DNA of 64,000 bases from an uncultured Acidobacteriota bacterium (GTDB lineage: Bacteria > Acidobacteriota > Terriglobia > Terriglobales > Acidobacteriaceae), in NCBI GenBank assembly GCA_963818115.1, contig CAWFQZ010000032.1, positions 14,274 through 78,273 on the forward strand, in the 5' to 3' direction. The notes beneath the pieces are model-generated. The model saw only the letters and a list, made by a program, of their open reading frames with translations, had not been told where the DNA came from and ran no database searches. Numbering within the stretch: position 1 is the first letter of the stretch; every line of letters begins with the position of its first letter. Shown here in pieces: positions 28,321-38,290 of the stretch. The translations under genes were made by a program, and so were the position numbers.

Positions 28321-29355
28321 ATCCGGACCTACAACCTCTGCTTCCTTGGATTCGGAAACGTCAACCGGACGCTGGTCCGGCTTCTTGCGGAACGCGCCGA
28401 AGAATTGCAGGAACGGTACGGCATTTCTTACAGAATTACTGGGATCGCTTCGCGGCGTTTGGGATGGATTGCGGATGCGAATGGGCTGGATGCAATTACT
28501 CTGCTCGACTTGAACTCTGATTCGCTGCCCGACAACTTGCGGTCACACATATCCGCTCCGCATGCCAGCGATGTGCGAGCGTGGCTGTCGGCTGCTAAGG
28601 CTGACGTCTTATTCGAAGCTACTTCCCTCAATGTCGCCGATGGCCAGCCGGCGGTCGATCATATTCGTGCCGCGCTCGAGCACGGAGCCCATGCCATCAC
28701 GGCGAATAAAGGACCGATCGTCTATGCCTACCGCGAACTGCGCGATCTGGCGGCGGCGCGCGGGAAGAGATTTCTGTTTGAGTCCACCGTAATGGATGGC
28801 GTGCCGATCTTCTCGCTGTTCGATGAGATGCCAGCGATTCACCTGCAGGGATTTCATGGAATTCTTAATTCAACGACGAACGTGATCCTTGGCGAGATGG
28901 AGCAGGGCCTCTCGTTCGACGAGGCGCTGAAAAAAGCGCAGGCTCTCGGCGTGGCAGAGACCGATGCCACTCATGACATCGACGGCTGGGACGCCGCCGT
29001 TAAAACCGCCGCGCTGATTACGGTGCTGATGGATATTCCGATCCGGCTGGATCAAATCGCGCGAGATGGCATCCGCGATCTGACTCCGCAGGCGTTGCGG
29101 ACGGCAAAGCGCGATGGCTGGGCATTCAAACTCGTCTGCCGCGCACGACGAACTGCAAGCGGAGTTGAAGCCAGCGTAGGCCCTGAGAAGGTTCAGAGCA
29201 CTCAGCCGATGGCCCGCATCAACGGCACGTCGTCGTACATTTACTTCGAGACGGATATTTTTCCGGGACTTGCGTTGACGGAAGAGAATCCTGGACTATA
29301 TGCGACCGCATACGGCCTCTTGGCGGATTTCGTGCGCGCAGCGGCCGCACGCTAA
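28321..29355 (+). CDS. hom: Homoserine dehydrogenase (short form, no ACT domain); proposed non-canonical ATC start
   Basis: The catalytic region reads ..ITANKGPIV.., ..FESTVMDGVPIF.., ..GILNSTTNVILGEM... The Rossmann motif LGFGNVN (28345-28365) lies upstream of the first canonical start (TTG 28405). ATC at 28321 follows GAGGA by 7 nt. Confidence 0.85.
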   Translation: MRTYNLCFLGFGNVNRTLVRLLAERAEELQERYGISYRITGIASRRLGWIADANGLDAITLLDLNSDSLPDNLRSHISAPHASDVRAWLSAAKADVLFEATSLNVADGQPAVDHIRAALEHGAHAITANKGPIVYAYRELRDLAAARGKRFLFESTVMDGVPIFSLFDEMPAIHLQGFHGILNSTTNVILGEMEQGLSFDEALKKAQALGVAETDATHDIDGWDAAVKTAALITVLMDIPIRLDQIARDGIRDLTPQALRTAKRDGWAFKLVCRARRTASGVEASVGPEKVQSTQPMARINGTSSYIYFETDIFPGLALTEENPGLYATAYGLLADFVRAAAAR

Positions 29356-29371
29356 TCGAAGCCTAAAGCAC

Positions 29372-29444
29372 CGTGGAAGAGCGGCCCTTCAGGGCCGCGT
29401 AAGCATGCTCCAAAACATCCAATCGGGCTTTAGCCCTCGTGATG
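29372..29444 (+). repeat. Two-hairpin REP-like element, family A (intergenic copy)
   Basis: CGTGGAAGAGCGGCCCTTCAGGGCCGCGTAAG...CGGGCTTTAGCCCTCGTG contains hairpins GCGGCCC-TTCA-GGGCCGC and GGGCT-TT-AGCCC. Related copies lie at 53421-53454 and 61672-61735. Confidence 0.8.
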
Positions 29445-29519
29445 TTTTTCGCTCCTCGATCCTGACGACCACCCGCCCCGAACCGGACCGAGCGTCTTCG
29501 TCGTGGCAGAATAGTAATC

Positions 29520-30800
29520 ATGCCGACCACCGAAAACGCCATCGTCACACCCGCCCTCGACCTCGCCTACGTCCGTTCCCACTTCCCTTCTCTTTCTCAA
29601 ACCGTGAATGGCCATCCGGCCGCCTTTCTCGACGGACCCGGGGGTACGCAGGTCCCGCAGCGCGTGATTGACGCCATCTCCGATTACCTGCGCCGCGACA
29701 ATGCAAACACGGGCGGAGCCTATGCGACCAGCCGCCACACCGACGCGATGATTGCCGAAGCTCGTGCCGCTATGGCTGACTTCCTGCACTGCAGCGCGGA
29801 TGAAGTCGCCTTCGGTCCGAACATGACCACGCTCACTTTCGCGATGTCTCGCGCGATCGGCCGCGAGCTGAAGCAGGGCGACGAAATTTTCGTGACCCGA
29901 CTCGATCACGATGCCAACGTCTCGCCCTGGCTTGCGATGGCGGAAGATCGCGGTATCACGGTGCGCTGGGCCGAGATTCACGACCAGGACTGCACGCTCG
30001 ACATGGCTGACCTCGCGTCGAAGATTAATAAGAATACGAAGCTCGTCGCGGTTGGCTACGCTTCCAACGCCGTGGGTACGATCAATCCAGTGAAAGAGAT
30101 CGTTCGCCTCGCCCATGCCGTGGGAGCACTCATTTATGTCGATGCGGTGCACTACACACCGCATGGACTGATTGACGTCGCGGCGCTCGATTGCGATTTC
30201 CTCGCCTGCTCGACCTACAAATTCTTCGGACCGCACATGGGCGTGCTCTACGGCAAGCGCGAACACTTGCAGCGCGTTCGCCCGTACAAGGTGCGCCCGA
30301 ATACCAACGCGATTCCGAATTGCTGGGAGTGGGGCACGCTGAACCACGAGTGCATTGCGGGAATCACGGCATGCGTGGAGTACATTGCCGAACTCGGACG
30401 CCGCGCACGGCCCGAAGCAAAGACTCGCCGTGCCGCGATCGAAGCGGCTTATGAAGTGATTCACGAACACGAGCGCTCATTGATGGAGCGGCTCATGGCG
30501 GGCCTGGTAAAAATTCCCGGCGCGGAAATCTATGGAATCACCGATCCGGCCCGGTTCCACGAACGCTGCGGCACGCTGGCCGTAAGAATCGACGGCCATA
30601 CGCCGCTCGAACTGGCTACCAAACTCGGCGAGCGCGGCTTCTTTACCTGGGATGGAAACTACTACGCCTTAAATCTCACTGAGCATCTGGATGTCGAGAA
30701 ATCGGGTGGATTTCTGCGCATCGGGCTCGTGCACTACAACACGATGGACGAAGTCGATCGCCTGCTGGCGGCGCTGCGGGAAATCGTCGGGAAGAAGTAA
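29520..30800 (+). CDS. Class V aminotransferase / cysteine desulfurase-like protein
   Basis: The pattern ..FLDGPGGTQVPQRVIDAI.., ..VTRLDHDANV.., ..YVDAVHY.PH..IDV..L.CDFLACSTYKFFGPH (the PLP lysine) fits the family. Confidence 0.85.
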   Translation: MPTTENAIVTPALDLAYVRSHFPSLSQTVNGHPAAFLDGPGGTQVPQRVIDAISDYLRRDNANTGGAYATSRHTDAMIAEARAAMADFLHCSADEVAFGPNMTTLTFAMSRAIGRELKQGDEIFVTRLDHDANVSPWLAMAEDRGITVRWAEIHDQDCTLDMADLASKINKNTKLVAVGYASNAVGTINPVKEIVRLAHAVGALIYVDAVHYTPHGLIDVAALDCDFLACSTYKFFGPHMGVLYGKREHLQRVRPYKVRPNTNAIPNCWEWGTLNHECIAGITACVEYIAELGRRARPEAKTRRAAIEAAYEVIHEHERSLMERLMAGLVKIPGAEIYGITDPARFHERCGTLAVRIDGHTPLELATKLGERGFFTWDGNYYALNLTEHLDVEKSGGFLRIGLVHYNTMDEVDRLLAALREIVGKK

Positions 30801-30828
30801 CGCTCGCCAGTCACATCGCACAAACACG

Positions 30829-30854
30829 AAGGCCCGGGACGCATCCCGGGCCTT
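30829..30854. terminator. Bidirectional hairpin terminator between convergent genes
   Basis: AAGGCCCGGGA-CGCA-TCCCGGGCCTT is an 11-bp stem flanked by an A-rich and a T-rich tract. Confidence 0.7.
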
Positions 30855-30889
30855 GAATTCTTTCAGCGAATTTTGCCATCAGCGAAGCT

Positions 30890-31150
30890 TTATGGCCAGC
30901 GCTTTGCGGTATCTTCCCATCCAGCGGCGCGAACCGGCTGAGGCGATGGAATCGACGGCGGCGACGGAATCGTCACCCGTGCCGGCGGTTGCGGCCCGTT
31001 CACGGCGGCAGCCAAGGGCTTCGAAATGTCGGAAATGCTCTCTTTTTCCTCGGAAAGCAGGGGGGCTACCAGTCGAAGCGCCTCCACTTCCTTCTCTAAC
31101 CGGGTCAGTTCCATCTCTTTTTGGCGCAGGACTTCATAGACGTTTTTCAT
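30890..31150 (-). CDS. Small coiled-coil hypothetical protein
   Basis: MKNVYEVLRQKEMELTRLEKEVEALRLVAPLL... is followed by a Pro-rich tail. It lies downstream of, and on the same strand as, the GAF-domain gene. Confidence 0.4.
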   Translation of the reverse strand: MKNVYEVLRQKEMELTRLEKEVEALRLVAPLLSEEKESISDISKPLAAAVNGPQPPARVTIPSPPSIPSPQPVRAAGWEDTAKRWP

Positions 31151-31351
31151 TTCCAGGGCACCCGCAAATGAGGTTGGAATCGGCAAGCCTTTCTGAACTT
31201 TAGCAGAGTTGACTGGGTTGTCAAGGCTTTCGGTCGGCCGCTAGGTCTTGCCTTGGAAGGTTCTGAGAGGAAAGGGCTTCGTAGCTTGGCGGACGCATCG
31301 ACCTAGCAGCCGTTGAATGAGCCTAAACTGGTTTTCGCGGATCCGGCACGG

Positions 31352-32416
31352 TTAGGGCTTTTGAGGCCGTTTCAGCTGTCCCCGCCACTTCTTTTCTTCG
31401 CATTCCACGCACAGGGTGCGTCCAGCGGAAACAGGGAAACCGCAGGCCTCGCACTTACGCAGCCCGCGCAGGACCGGCGGCACATGGCTTTGATCGGCCT
31501 CTGCCGCTCCGCCATCCGCTCCGGCGCTCGCGGCCGACCAGAACATCGGTTTCTTTGCGGGAACCGTTTCTGAGAGCGGCGGAACCGGTGTAGTGGCCTG
31601 CTGAGGCGAGGTGGGCTGAGCCGAACTCTGGGCTTGTGATGCAGCAGTCGTAGGCACGACCGGCATCACCGAAGTCTTCATCGGCTCATGAACTGGAGCA
31701 GGGACCTTCGCGACTTCGATCGCAGGAAGTTCGACATCCATAATCTGCTCGGCGACTGCTGGGGCAGTCGGCTCGGAAGCCGAAATCTGCATCGCCTGAA
31801 GCTGACCGGGCAACGTTGCCGTGGCACGAGCCAACCGGACCGCCGTCTCCACCATCTCGCTCAGACGCTGTACTGCAGAAAGATCGCGATCGCCAAAGGC
31901 ATGGGCATGGCCGGAGAAGAGTTCGAACACGCCCAAGACTTCATCATCATTGACAACGGGCATCACGACGACGGAGGCAATTCCGAGTTGCCGGCAGACG
32001 TCATGATTGACGCGGGCATCGCGCTCGGCATCGTCACAGCGCAACGCTTTCCGGGTTCGCACGCTCTCACCGGAAAGGCCGAACTCCGTCGAGAGCAGCG
32101 CGCCCAACTCCGGGGCATTCGATCCGGTGGAGGCGCGGCAGAGCATGTCGGCCATTCCGCTGCGGCGCAGAGCGATCGCCGCTCCGCTAGCCCCGGTGAT
32201 GTACTGTGCGCGGTCGGCAAGCAGTTGCAGGGCAGCGTCGAGGTCGCGCTGCGCCATCTCAGCCAGAGAACGTCCACCATCCTCCCCGGGAAATCGCACG
32301 CGCGACGCCAGAGGGGACTGCGGATTCCGGGTTGTGCCGTTCTCCTGCACCCAGCTCACCTGCTCATTTGTAAGGGTTCTTAAGAGAAGTCTCGCTCCTA
32401 ACCTGCGAGCTGTCAA
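31352..32416 (-). CDS. GAF-domain protein with Pro/Ala/Thr-rich linker and C-terminal zinc ribbon
   Basis: The GAF-like core reads ..ITGASGAAIALR...LGIASVVVMPVVNDDEVLGVFELFS... The C-terminus has CEACGFPVSAGRTLCVECEEK (CxxC...CxxC). Confidence 0.7.
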   Translation of the reverse strand: MTARRLGARLLLRTLTNEQVSWVQENGTTRNPQSPLASRVRFPGEDGGRSLAEMAQRDLDAALQLLADRAQYITGASGAAIALRRSGMADMLCRASTGSNAPELGALLSTEFGLSGESVRTRKALRCDDAERDARVNHDVCRQLGIASVVVMPVVNDDEVLGVFELFSGHAHAFGDRDLSAVQRLSEMVETAVRLARATATLPGQLQAMQISASEPTAPAVAEQIMDVELPAIEVAKVPAPVHEPMKTSVMPVVPTTAASQAQSSAQPTSPQQATTPVPPLSETVPAKKPMFWSAASAGADGGAAEADQSHVPPVLRGLRKCEACGFPVSAGRTLCVECEEKKWRGQLKRPQKP

Positions 32417-32518
32417 TCAGATCGCCGCGCAGAGGTACTAACCCAAAAGTTTCCCGCAGGCGCGCTACGAAGTGTCGAGCCGGATAAAAGACAAGAGGGG
32501 AAAGGGAACTAAGGAGAA

Positions 32519-32947
32519 CTATGGGCGCTGTCGCAGCGCCGCCTGCGCCAGGCAGTTCGCCTCTGCGTTGAATTCGCGCTTCACATGCGAGATGGAAAAT
32601 TTGAGCGAGCGAGCCAGCTTCCGACAGGTCCAATGCAGCGAGTAAAGACGCGGGCTGCGGCACACGTACTGTCCGGTCATCTGTCGCACCACAACTTCCG
32701 AGTCTGAATAAACGTGGAGCGTCTGCGCTTTGCGCGCAACCGCGTACTGCAGTGCTTCCATGAGTGCAGCATATTCAGCGACGTTATTGTCCTGATTTCC
32801 GATCCACTTCGCGATGCGAACGGGGCCGTCCGCAAGGCCGTTGATGACCACTCCAATGCCCGACGGGCCCGGATTTCCCAGGCATCCGCCGTCTACATAG
32901 GCCACCAGTTCGGATGTCACTTCGTTGTTTCCTGCTGCACTCTGCAC
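32519..32947 (-). CDS. rnhA: Ribonuclease HI family protein
   Basis: The catalytic DEDD pattern is present (VAYVDGGCLGNPGPSG, NNVAEYAALMEAL, VYSDSEVVVRQ, REFNAEANCLA). The start is uncertain. GTG at 32947 gives a 142-aa protein, and the track start at 33097 adds an implausible N-terminus. Confidence 0.78.
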   Translation of the reverse strand: MQSAAGNNEVTSELVAYVDGGCLGNPGPSGIGVVINGLADGPVRIAKWIGNQDNNVAEYAALMEALQYAVARKAQTLHVYSDSEVVVRQMTGQYVCRSPRLYSLHWTCRKLARSLKFSISHVKREFNAEANCLAQAALRQRP

Positions 32948-33718
32948 TGTGATCCCAATGCTCGCGATGGTCAAGATGAATATTTGGTTCGCTTTCAGCG
33001 TTTTGCGGTTGCTTTCATCGCTGTGACATTTTCTGTGCAAAAGGAGTCCCGAACAAAATCGCGCGGAACTAAGTTTTTGCGTTCCAACCATTTGCATTTT
33101 CGATTATGCACAGCTCGAAGCTCCGTCATTGCACCAATAGTTTGCGTTGACGTTTTTTAATTTGCTGTTAATGTGAATTGCGTCGACGGTCGAAAGGGTA
33201 GGCACAATAAAACGAGCCGATCCGAATAGACTGAGTGATCAGCCGGGCGGGGCGACCTGCAAGGCGACCGAACCTGAAAAAACCGACGGATCTGCGAGGT
33301 TCAGTTGGGGTTCGGAACTGCGAAAGCAGTGATCGCATCAAGGGGTCGTGACGGTACATGCCTCCACGTCGTTAGCTCCCTCGCAGGAGCTGGCGGCTAG
33401 AGCATAACCAATGTCACGGCCCTTTCAATTTTTTCCCCACCTTTTTCCCGTTCAATCTCCGACTTGAACGTATCCCAAGGTCTCTTATCGGAGTCGGCGT
33501 AATCTCCGCATTCTCGGCGGTTGCTCTTTTGCTTCTTACTTAAATTTGGAAAAGCAGAAGCCACCCCTGAATTGACAAAGTTCTCCTTCCGACTGACAAT
33601 GCCGTAGCACGGTCCCTCCCCAAAGTACGGTTCCGCCTCGGAACATTTTCCTGCAAGGCGCGGCCCCGGGCCTTTCGCGTGTGCCGTTCCCCACGCGATT
33701 CATCTCACGGAGGCAACT

Positions 33719-34948
33719 ATGAAACGCGTCAGCATTTTCCTGGTGGCGATCATCTGTTCGCTCGCTCAAATAGCGGCAGCGCAAGATACGGTCAAAACAC
33801 TTTTATCGTTTAACGGCACGGAGTCCGAAGGCAACCTCATCTTCGACTCGGCCGGGAATCTTTACGGCACCACCGGCGACCAGTACGATCCATCGCTGAT
33901 CACGGTCTTTGAGCTCAGTCCCAACGGAGACGGCACCTGGACTGAGAATGTCCTCTGGACATCCACCGGAGGCAACGAGCCTCTCAACATCCGTGCCGGC
34001 GTCATCTTCGACGCTAGCGGCAATCTCTACGGCACGTCGCAATACGGCGGCGCGTCGGATTGCGGAACCGTATTCAAGCTCACTCACAACTCAGATGGAT
34101 CATGGACGGAGAACAACCTCCACGATTTCGACTGCACCGACGGGAATTGGGCGATTGCCGGTGTGGTTTTTGATAAGTCCGGCAATCTCTACGGCACGAC
34201 CACCTTTGGCGGCACGTATAACGCCGGCGTGCTTTTTCAACTTACGCCGAACTCGGATGGCACGTGGAACTACAACATCCTGCACACCTTCACTGCGGGT
34301 AGCGACGGCGCTAATCCCGGCCACGGAAGTCTGACCTTCGATTCCAACGGCAACTTGTATGGGACCGCCGCAGGCGGTGGGGTGAGCAGTTGCTCCGTCC
34401 TTTATCCTGGTTGCGGCACCGTTTTCAAAATGTCGCCGGAAGCCAATGGCACATGGTCGTTCAGCGTTCTCTACAGCTTCAGCGGCGGCAACGACGGCGC
34501 CGGCCCGGTCTATGGCGTTACCTTCGACAAAGCGGGAAACATCTACAGCACGACTTACTCGGGCGGAAAATATCAGGATGGCACCGTCTTCGAGCTCATC
34601 GCCCATTCCAGTGGCAAATATAGCGAACGGGTTTTGCACGCCTTCCGGGGCGGCGACGGCCTCAATCCATTCAGTGGAGTCATTTTTGACAGCGCCGGAA
34701 ATCTCTTCGGCTCGACCGCCTATGGTGGAGACAACCAGTGCTTCAATGCTCCCGGCTGCGGTGTCGTGTACGAACTCACGCCAAACTCAAAGGGCAGCTA
34801 TACCGACGAAACCCTGGTTCACTTCCACGGCACGCCCCTCGACGGCCCCTATAGCAATTTTGTGATGGATAGTCAGGGCGACCTCTATGGCGTCGCCACC
34901 GGATATAACACTTATGCCAGTGGCGAAGTTTATGAGGTGATCCGCTAG
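33719..34948 (+). CDS. Secreted Gloeo_Verruco (GloVer) tandem-repeat protein
   Basis: It has a signal peptide and about eight repeats of the ..(S/A)GNLYGTT..GG..(C)GTVF(K/E)L.. signature. Confidence 0.8.
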   Translation: MKRVSIFLVAIICSLAQIAAAQDTVKTLLSFNGTESEGNLIFDSAGNLYGTTGDQYDPSLITVFELSPNGDGTWTENVLWTSTGGNEPLNIRAGVIFDASGNLYGTSQYGGASDCGTVFKLTHNSDGSWTENNLHDFDCTDGNWAIAGVVFDKSGNLYGTTTFGGTYNAGVLFQLTPNSDGTWNYNILHTFTAGSDGANPGHGSLTFDSNGNLYGTAAGGGVSSCSVLYPGCGTVFKMSPEANGTWSFSVLYSFSGGNDGAGPVYGVTFDKAGNIYSTTYSGGKYQDGTVFELIAHSSGKYSERVLHAFRGGDGLNPFSGVIFDSAGNLFGSTAYGGDNQCFNAPGCGVVYELTPNSKGSYTDETLVHFHGTPLDGPYSNFVMDSQGDLYGVATGYNTYASGEVYEVIR

Positions 34949-35048
34949 GGCTAATTTGTTACTGCTCGGTGAGTGCAGCAAGCTCATGGAGGGGCGGACA
35001 CCTTGTCCGTCCCGAGAAGCGAGAGCGCCGTTTCCGGCACCAAACGCA

Positions 35049-36278
35049 TTACGGCGCTACGATGGCGAGCGCCGGCGCTCCGCCAACCTTGAGAACGCTG
35101 GCTTGCTTCATCTTCGCCGTGTCGATTACTAAAACGCTGTGCTTCTGTGGGGCAGCCGCATAGATCATCTTGCCGTCGCTGCCCATCACGGCGCTCCAGA
35201 AGGGCATCTTCGTTCGGATGGTTCCGACTTTCCGCCAGGTGCGAGTGTCGATCACGCGAAATTCATCCGCCGTCGCGTTAGTCGGCCGTACATTGGGTGG
35301 CCGCCCATAATCGAGGTAGAAGCGGTTATCGGAACGTTTGTCGTAGTCGTGCTTGTAGCCCAGATAGAGTCGGCTGCCATCAAGCGACGTCGGCCACGCA
35401 GCAGGAGGAACACGATTTGGCAGCGCCGGATGTAAAGGAGTATCTGCGAATTGCTGCGTCGCGCTGTTCAAATGAAACACGCCTCCATCTCCGCGCACGA
35501 TTTCCATGTCCTGCGATCCAGGGAGCTCAATCGCCTCGCCAATGCCTTCGCGCCGCTCCCAGGGGATTTTGACATCCACATTTTGAATGGCGCGGGAGTC
35601 CGCGTCCACGCTAATCATGCGAACTCGATTCGTTCTGGGACAGAGAAAGTCAAAGCGGCTCGCCGTCGGGTAAGAGATGAAGCGACCCGGGCCGCAATTT
35701 CCGAGGTGAACGATTCCTGGCAGAAATTCTTCGGCACGCGTGTCGAAGGTTGCCAGTAGAAGCGCGTCCTCGTCCGCAGATTTCGGCGCGTCGATCAGAA
35801 TGCGGAGAGCGAGTCCGTCGCCAGAGACGGCCATCGTCGAAAACGGAGGCAGCCCGTCGTAGCCCAAGCGTCCGTTGACCATGCCGCTCTTGAGCACTTC
35901 CCCGCCCGCGGTATCGATTACCGCGAGCTCGCTCGAATCCCCATCGACTGCCGAAGCAACATAGAGGCGGCTGCCGTCTGGCGAGAGGGCAAAATCCGGG
36001 CTCTCGCCGGTGCGGACACTCGCCATCACTTTTCCGGCTGAAGGATCGACTAACCAGACAGCACCACCGGCGGCCTTCGCATCCGGCTTCGGATCGAGAA
36101 CATAGAGCCAGCCGTGTTGCGGCTGAGTCCAATTTTCGACGCGAATATTGGAGTGCTCGGGCGCGCTGGCCTGGGCTGGCGCCCTGCTCTGACCCGCTGC
36201 CAAGTTCGGGCCCGCAACTGAAAGTGTGAGGGAGACGAAAAGGAAATAAACTGCGGAGATCAGGAGGTTCGCTTTCAT
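35049..36278 (-). CDS. Secreted beta-propeller-like hypothetical protein (YncE/YVTN-like)
   Basis: It has a signal/TM segment (MKANLLISAVYFLFVSLTLSVAG) and recurring ..DGSRLYVA...VIDTAGG.. / ..DGKMIYAAA...VLVIDTAK.. blades. Confidence 0.55.
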   Translation of the reverse strand: MKANLLISAVYFLFVSLTLSVAGPNLAAGQSRAPAQASAPEHSNIRVENWTQPQHGWLYVLDPKPDAKAAGGAVWLVDPSAGKVMASVRTGESPDFALSPDGSRLYVASAVDGDSSELAVIDTAGGEVLKSGMVNGRLGYDGLPPFSTMAVSGDGLALRILIDAPKSADEDALLLATFDTRAEEFLPGIVHLGNCGPGRFISYPTASRFDFLCPRTNRVRMISVDADSRAIQNVDVKIPWERREGIGEAIELPGSQDMEIVRGDGGVFHLNSATQQFADTPLHPALPNRVPPAAWPTSLDGSRLYLGYKHDYDKRSDNRFYLDYGRPPNVRPTNATADEFRVIDTRTWRKVGTIRTKMPFWSAVMGSDGKMIYAAAPQKHSVLVIDTAKMKQASVLKVGGAPALAIVAP

Positions 36279-36429
36279 ACATTCACCCAGAACGCCCCGA
36301 AATTCGAACTCTTGGAGCGGCATTATACGACGAACGCTCCTTAGGGGCTAGAAATCCGAATCTGCTATGCTGCACGCCTGAAGTTCGGTGCCCCGGCCCT
36401 TCCGTCAGTGGGATCTCGCGAGGTTTCGC

Positions 36430-38217
36430 ATGAAGAAGCTTTCTGGCTGGCTGATTCCCTTCCTACTATTTCTCTGCGCTACGCAATCGTACTCAGCAGC
36501 CGACTCCGCTCGTCTCGTTTTGACTCACGTGACCGTCATCGATGCGACGGGAGCGCCTGCAAAAAGCGATATGACGGTGACGATTGTGAATGGTCGCATT
36601 TCCCAGATAGCCAAGACTCCAAAGGGTCATCCAGCGCATGATGCTCAAGTGATCGACGCCAGCGGAAAATTCCTCATTCCCGGCCTCTGGGACATGCACA
36701 CTCATTGGGGAGAAATCGACTATCTGCCGCTATTTCTCGCCAATGGAGTGACCGGATTAAGAATCATGTGGGGCGATACCACTCATCACGAATGGCGACG
36801 ACAAAGCGAGGCCGGGCAATTACTGGCTCCCCATCTGGTGATCGCCAGCGCTCTGATCGATGGCCCGAAACCATTCTGGCGGGGTTCGATCTCGGTTTCG
36901 AACGAAGATCAGGCGCGCCAGGCCGTCCGTCAGGCAAAGGAAAACCATGCTGATTTCGTTAAGGTCTACACCTTTCTTCCTCGCGAGGAATATTTCGCAA
37001 TTGCCGACGAGGCGAAGAAGCAAGGAATCCCATTCGCCGGCCACGTTCCGTTATCCGTTTCGCCCGAGGAAGCGTCGCGCGCCGGACAAAAATCTTTCGA
37101 GCATCTTCTGACGGTGCTGTCCGCGTGCTCTTCACGCAGTGATGAATTCATGGAGGCACAGCGGGCTGACCTGGCTGACGATCTTTCCGGCAGGCCAGAT
37201 TTCTGGGGAAGCCATTTCAAGGCGATACGGCAAGCCGAACTCGAAGACTACAGCCCCGAAAAAGCGGCGGCACTCTTCGCTATCTTCAAGAGCAACGGCA
37301 CCTGGCAGGTTCCGACGTTGACCCTCCTTCGTTCGATTGCCTATGTCGACGATCATTCCTTTACTAATGACCCTCGGTTGAAATACATGCCGCCTCGATT
37401 ACGCGAAGAATGGAATCCGGAAGACTCGGCGAACGACTTCGGACCCCGATCTCCGGAAGACCATGCATTCTTCAAAAAAGAGTTTGCCAAGGAACTGGAA
37501 CTCGTAGGAGCCATGCAGAAGGCGGGAGTGGGCATTCTTGCCGGCACCGACACGTCGAATCCATATTGCATGCCGGGGTTCAGCCTGCACGATGAGTTGG
37601 GCCTCTTAGTCAAGGCTGGACTCACTCCCATGCAAGCTTTGCAGGCCGCCACTTCGAGTCCTACCCGCTTCTTGGGAACGGAAAAAGACTTCGGGACGAT
37701 CGAAGAGGGGAAAGTCGCGGACCTGGTTCTGCTCGATGCCAATCCGCTCGACGACATCGCTAATAGCCGCAAGATCGCTTCTGTGATCTACGGAGGAAAA
37801 CTGTTTCCTCGCGCGGTCTTGGACACGATGCTTGCGAAGGTAGAGGCGCTGGCTGGCCGTCCGCCGATTGGCGAGATCCTGGCAAAAACGATTCGAGAAA
37901 AAGACGTTACCGTGGCCGTTCTGCAGTACCGCGAACTCAAGGCAACGCAGCCCACGGGCTACGACTTCAGCGAAAATGAATTGATCCAACTCGGATATCA
38001 ATTATTGCGCCAGCAAAAAATTCCAGACGCGATTGAAATCTTCAAACTGAGCGTCGAGGATTATCCCAAGTCCTATAACACCTGGGACAGCCTTGCGGAA
38101 GCGTACACGGATCATGGCGACAAAGATCTCGCCATCAAGAACTACAACAAGTCATTGGAATTGAACCCGAACAACACGAACGCGGTCAAAAAGCTGAAGC
38201 AGTTAAATCAACCATGA
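36430..38217 (+). CDS. Amidohydrolase family protein with C-terminal TPR region, secreted
   Basis: It has a signal peptide (MKKLSGWLIPFLLFLCATQSYSA), ..VTVIDATG...IVNGRI...FLIPGLWDMHTHW.. and ..AGTD... The TPR-like tail reads ..YNTWDSLAEAYTDHGDKDLAIKNYNKSLELNPNN... Confidence 0.85.
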   Translation: MKKLSGWLIPFLLFLCATQSYSAADSARLVLTHVTVIDATGAPAKSDMTVTIVNGRISQIAKTPKGHPAHDAQVIDASGKFLIPGLWDMHTHWGEIDYLPLFLANGVTGLRIMWGDTTHHEWRRQSEAGQLLAPHLVIASALIDGPKPFWRGSISVSNEDQARQAVRQAKENHADFVKVYTFLPREEYFAIADEAKKQGIPFAGHVPLSVSPEEASRAGQKSFEHLLTVLSACSSRSDEFMEAQRADLADDLSGRPDFWGSHFKAIRQAELEDYSPEKAAALFAIFKSNGTWQVPTLTLLRSIAYVDDHSFTNDPRLKYMPPRLREEWNPEDSANDFGPRSPEDHAFFKKEFAKELELVGAMQKAGVGILAGTDTSNPYCMPGFSLHDELGLLVKAGLTPMQALQAATSSPTRFLGTEKDFGTIEEGKVADLVLLDANPLDDIANSRKIASVIYGGKLFPRAVLDTMLAKVEALAGRPPIGEILAKTIREKDVTVAVLQYRELKATQPTGYDFSENELIQLGYQLLRQQKIPDAIEIFKLSVEDYPKSYNTWDSLAEAYTDHGDKDLAIKNYNKSLELNPNNTNAVKKLKQLNQP

Positions 38218-38290
38218 ATAAACCCGATCACTTGTGAGGATGCTGAAATTCCAGATTGCGCTAAGTTTTGGATGCGCCGGAACAGAGTCG

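Noticed and set aside
28221-28520. 99-aa ORF between the PPOX gene and hom.
   Set aside because: It is a translation of the GTTTCAAGG palindrome and of the out-of-frame 5' part of hom. It has no protein-like features.
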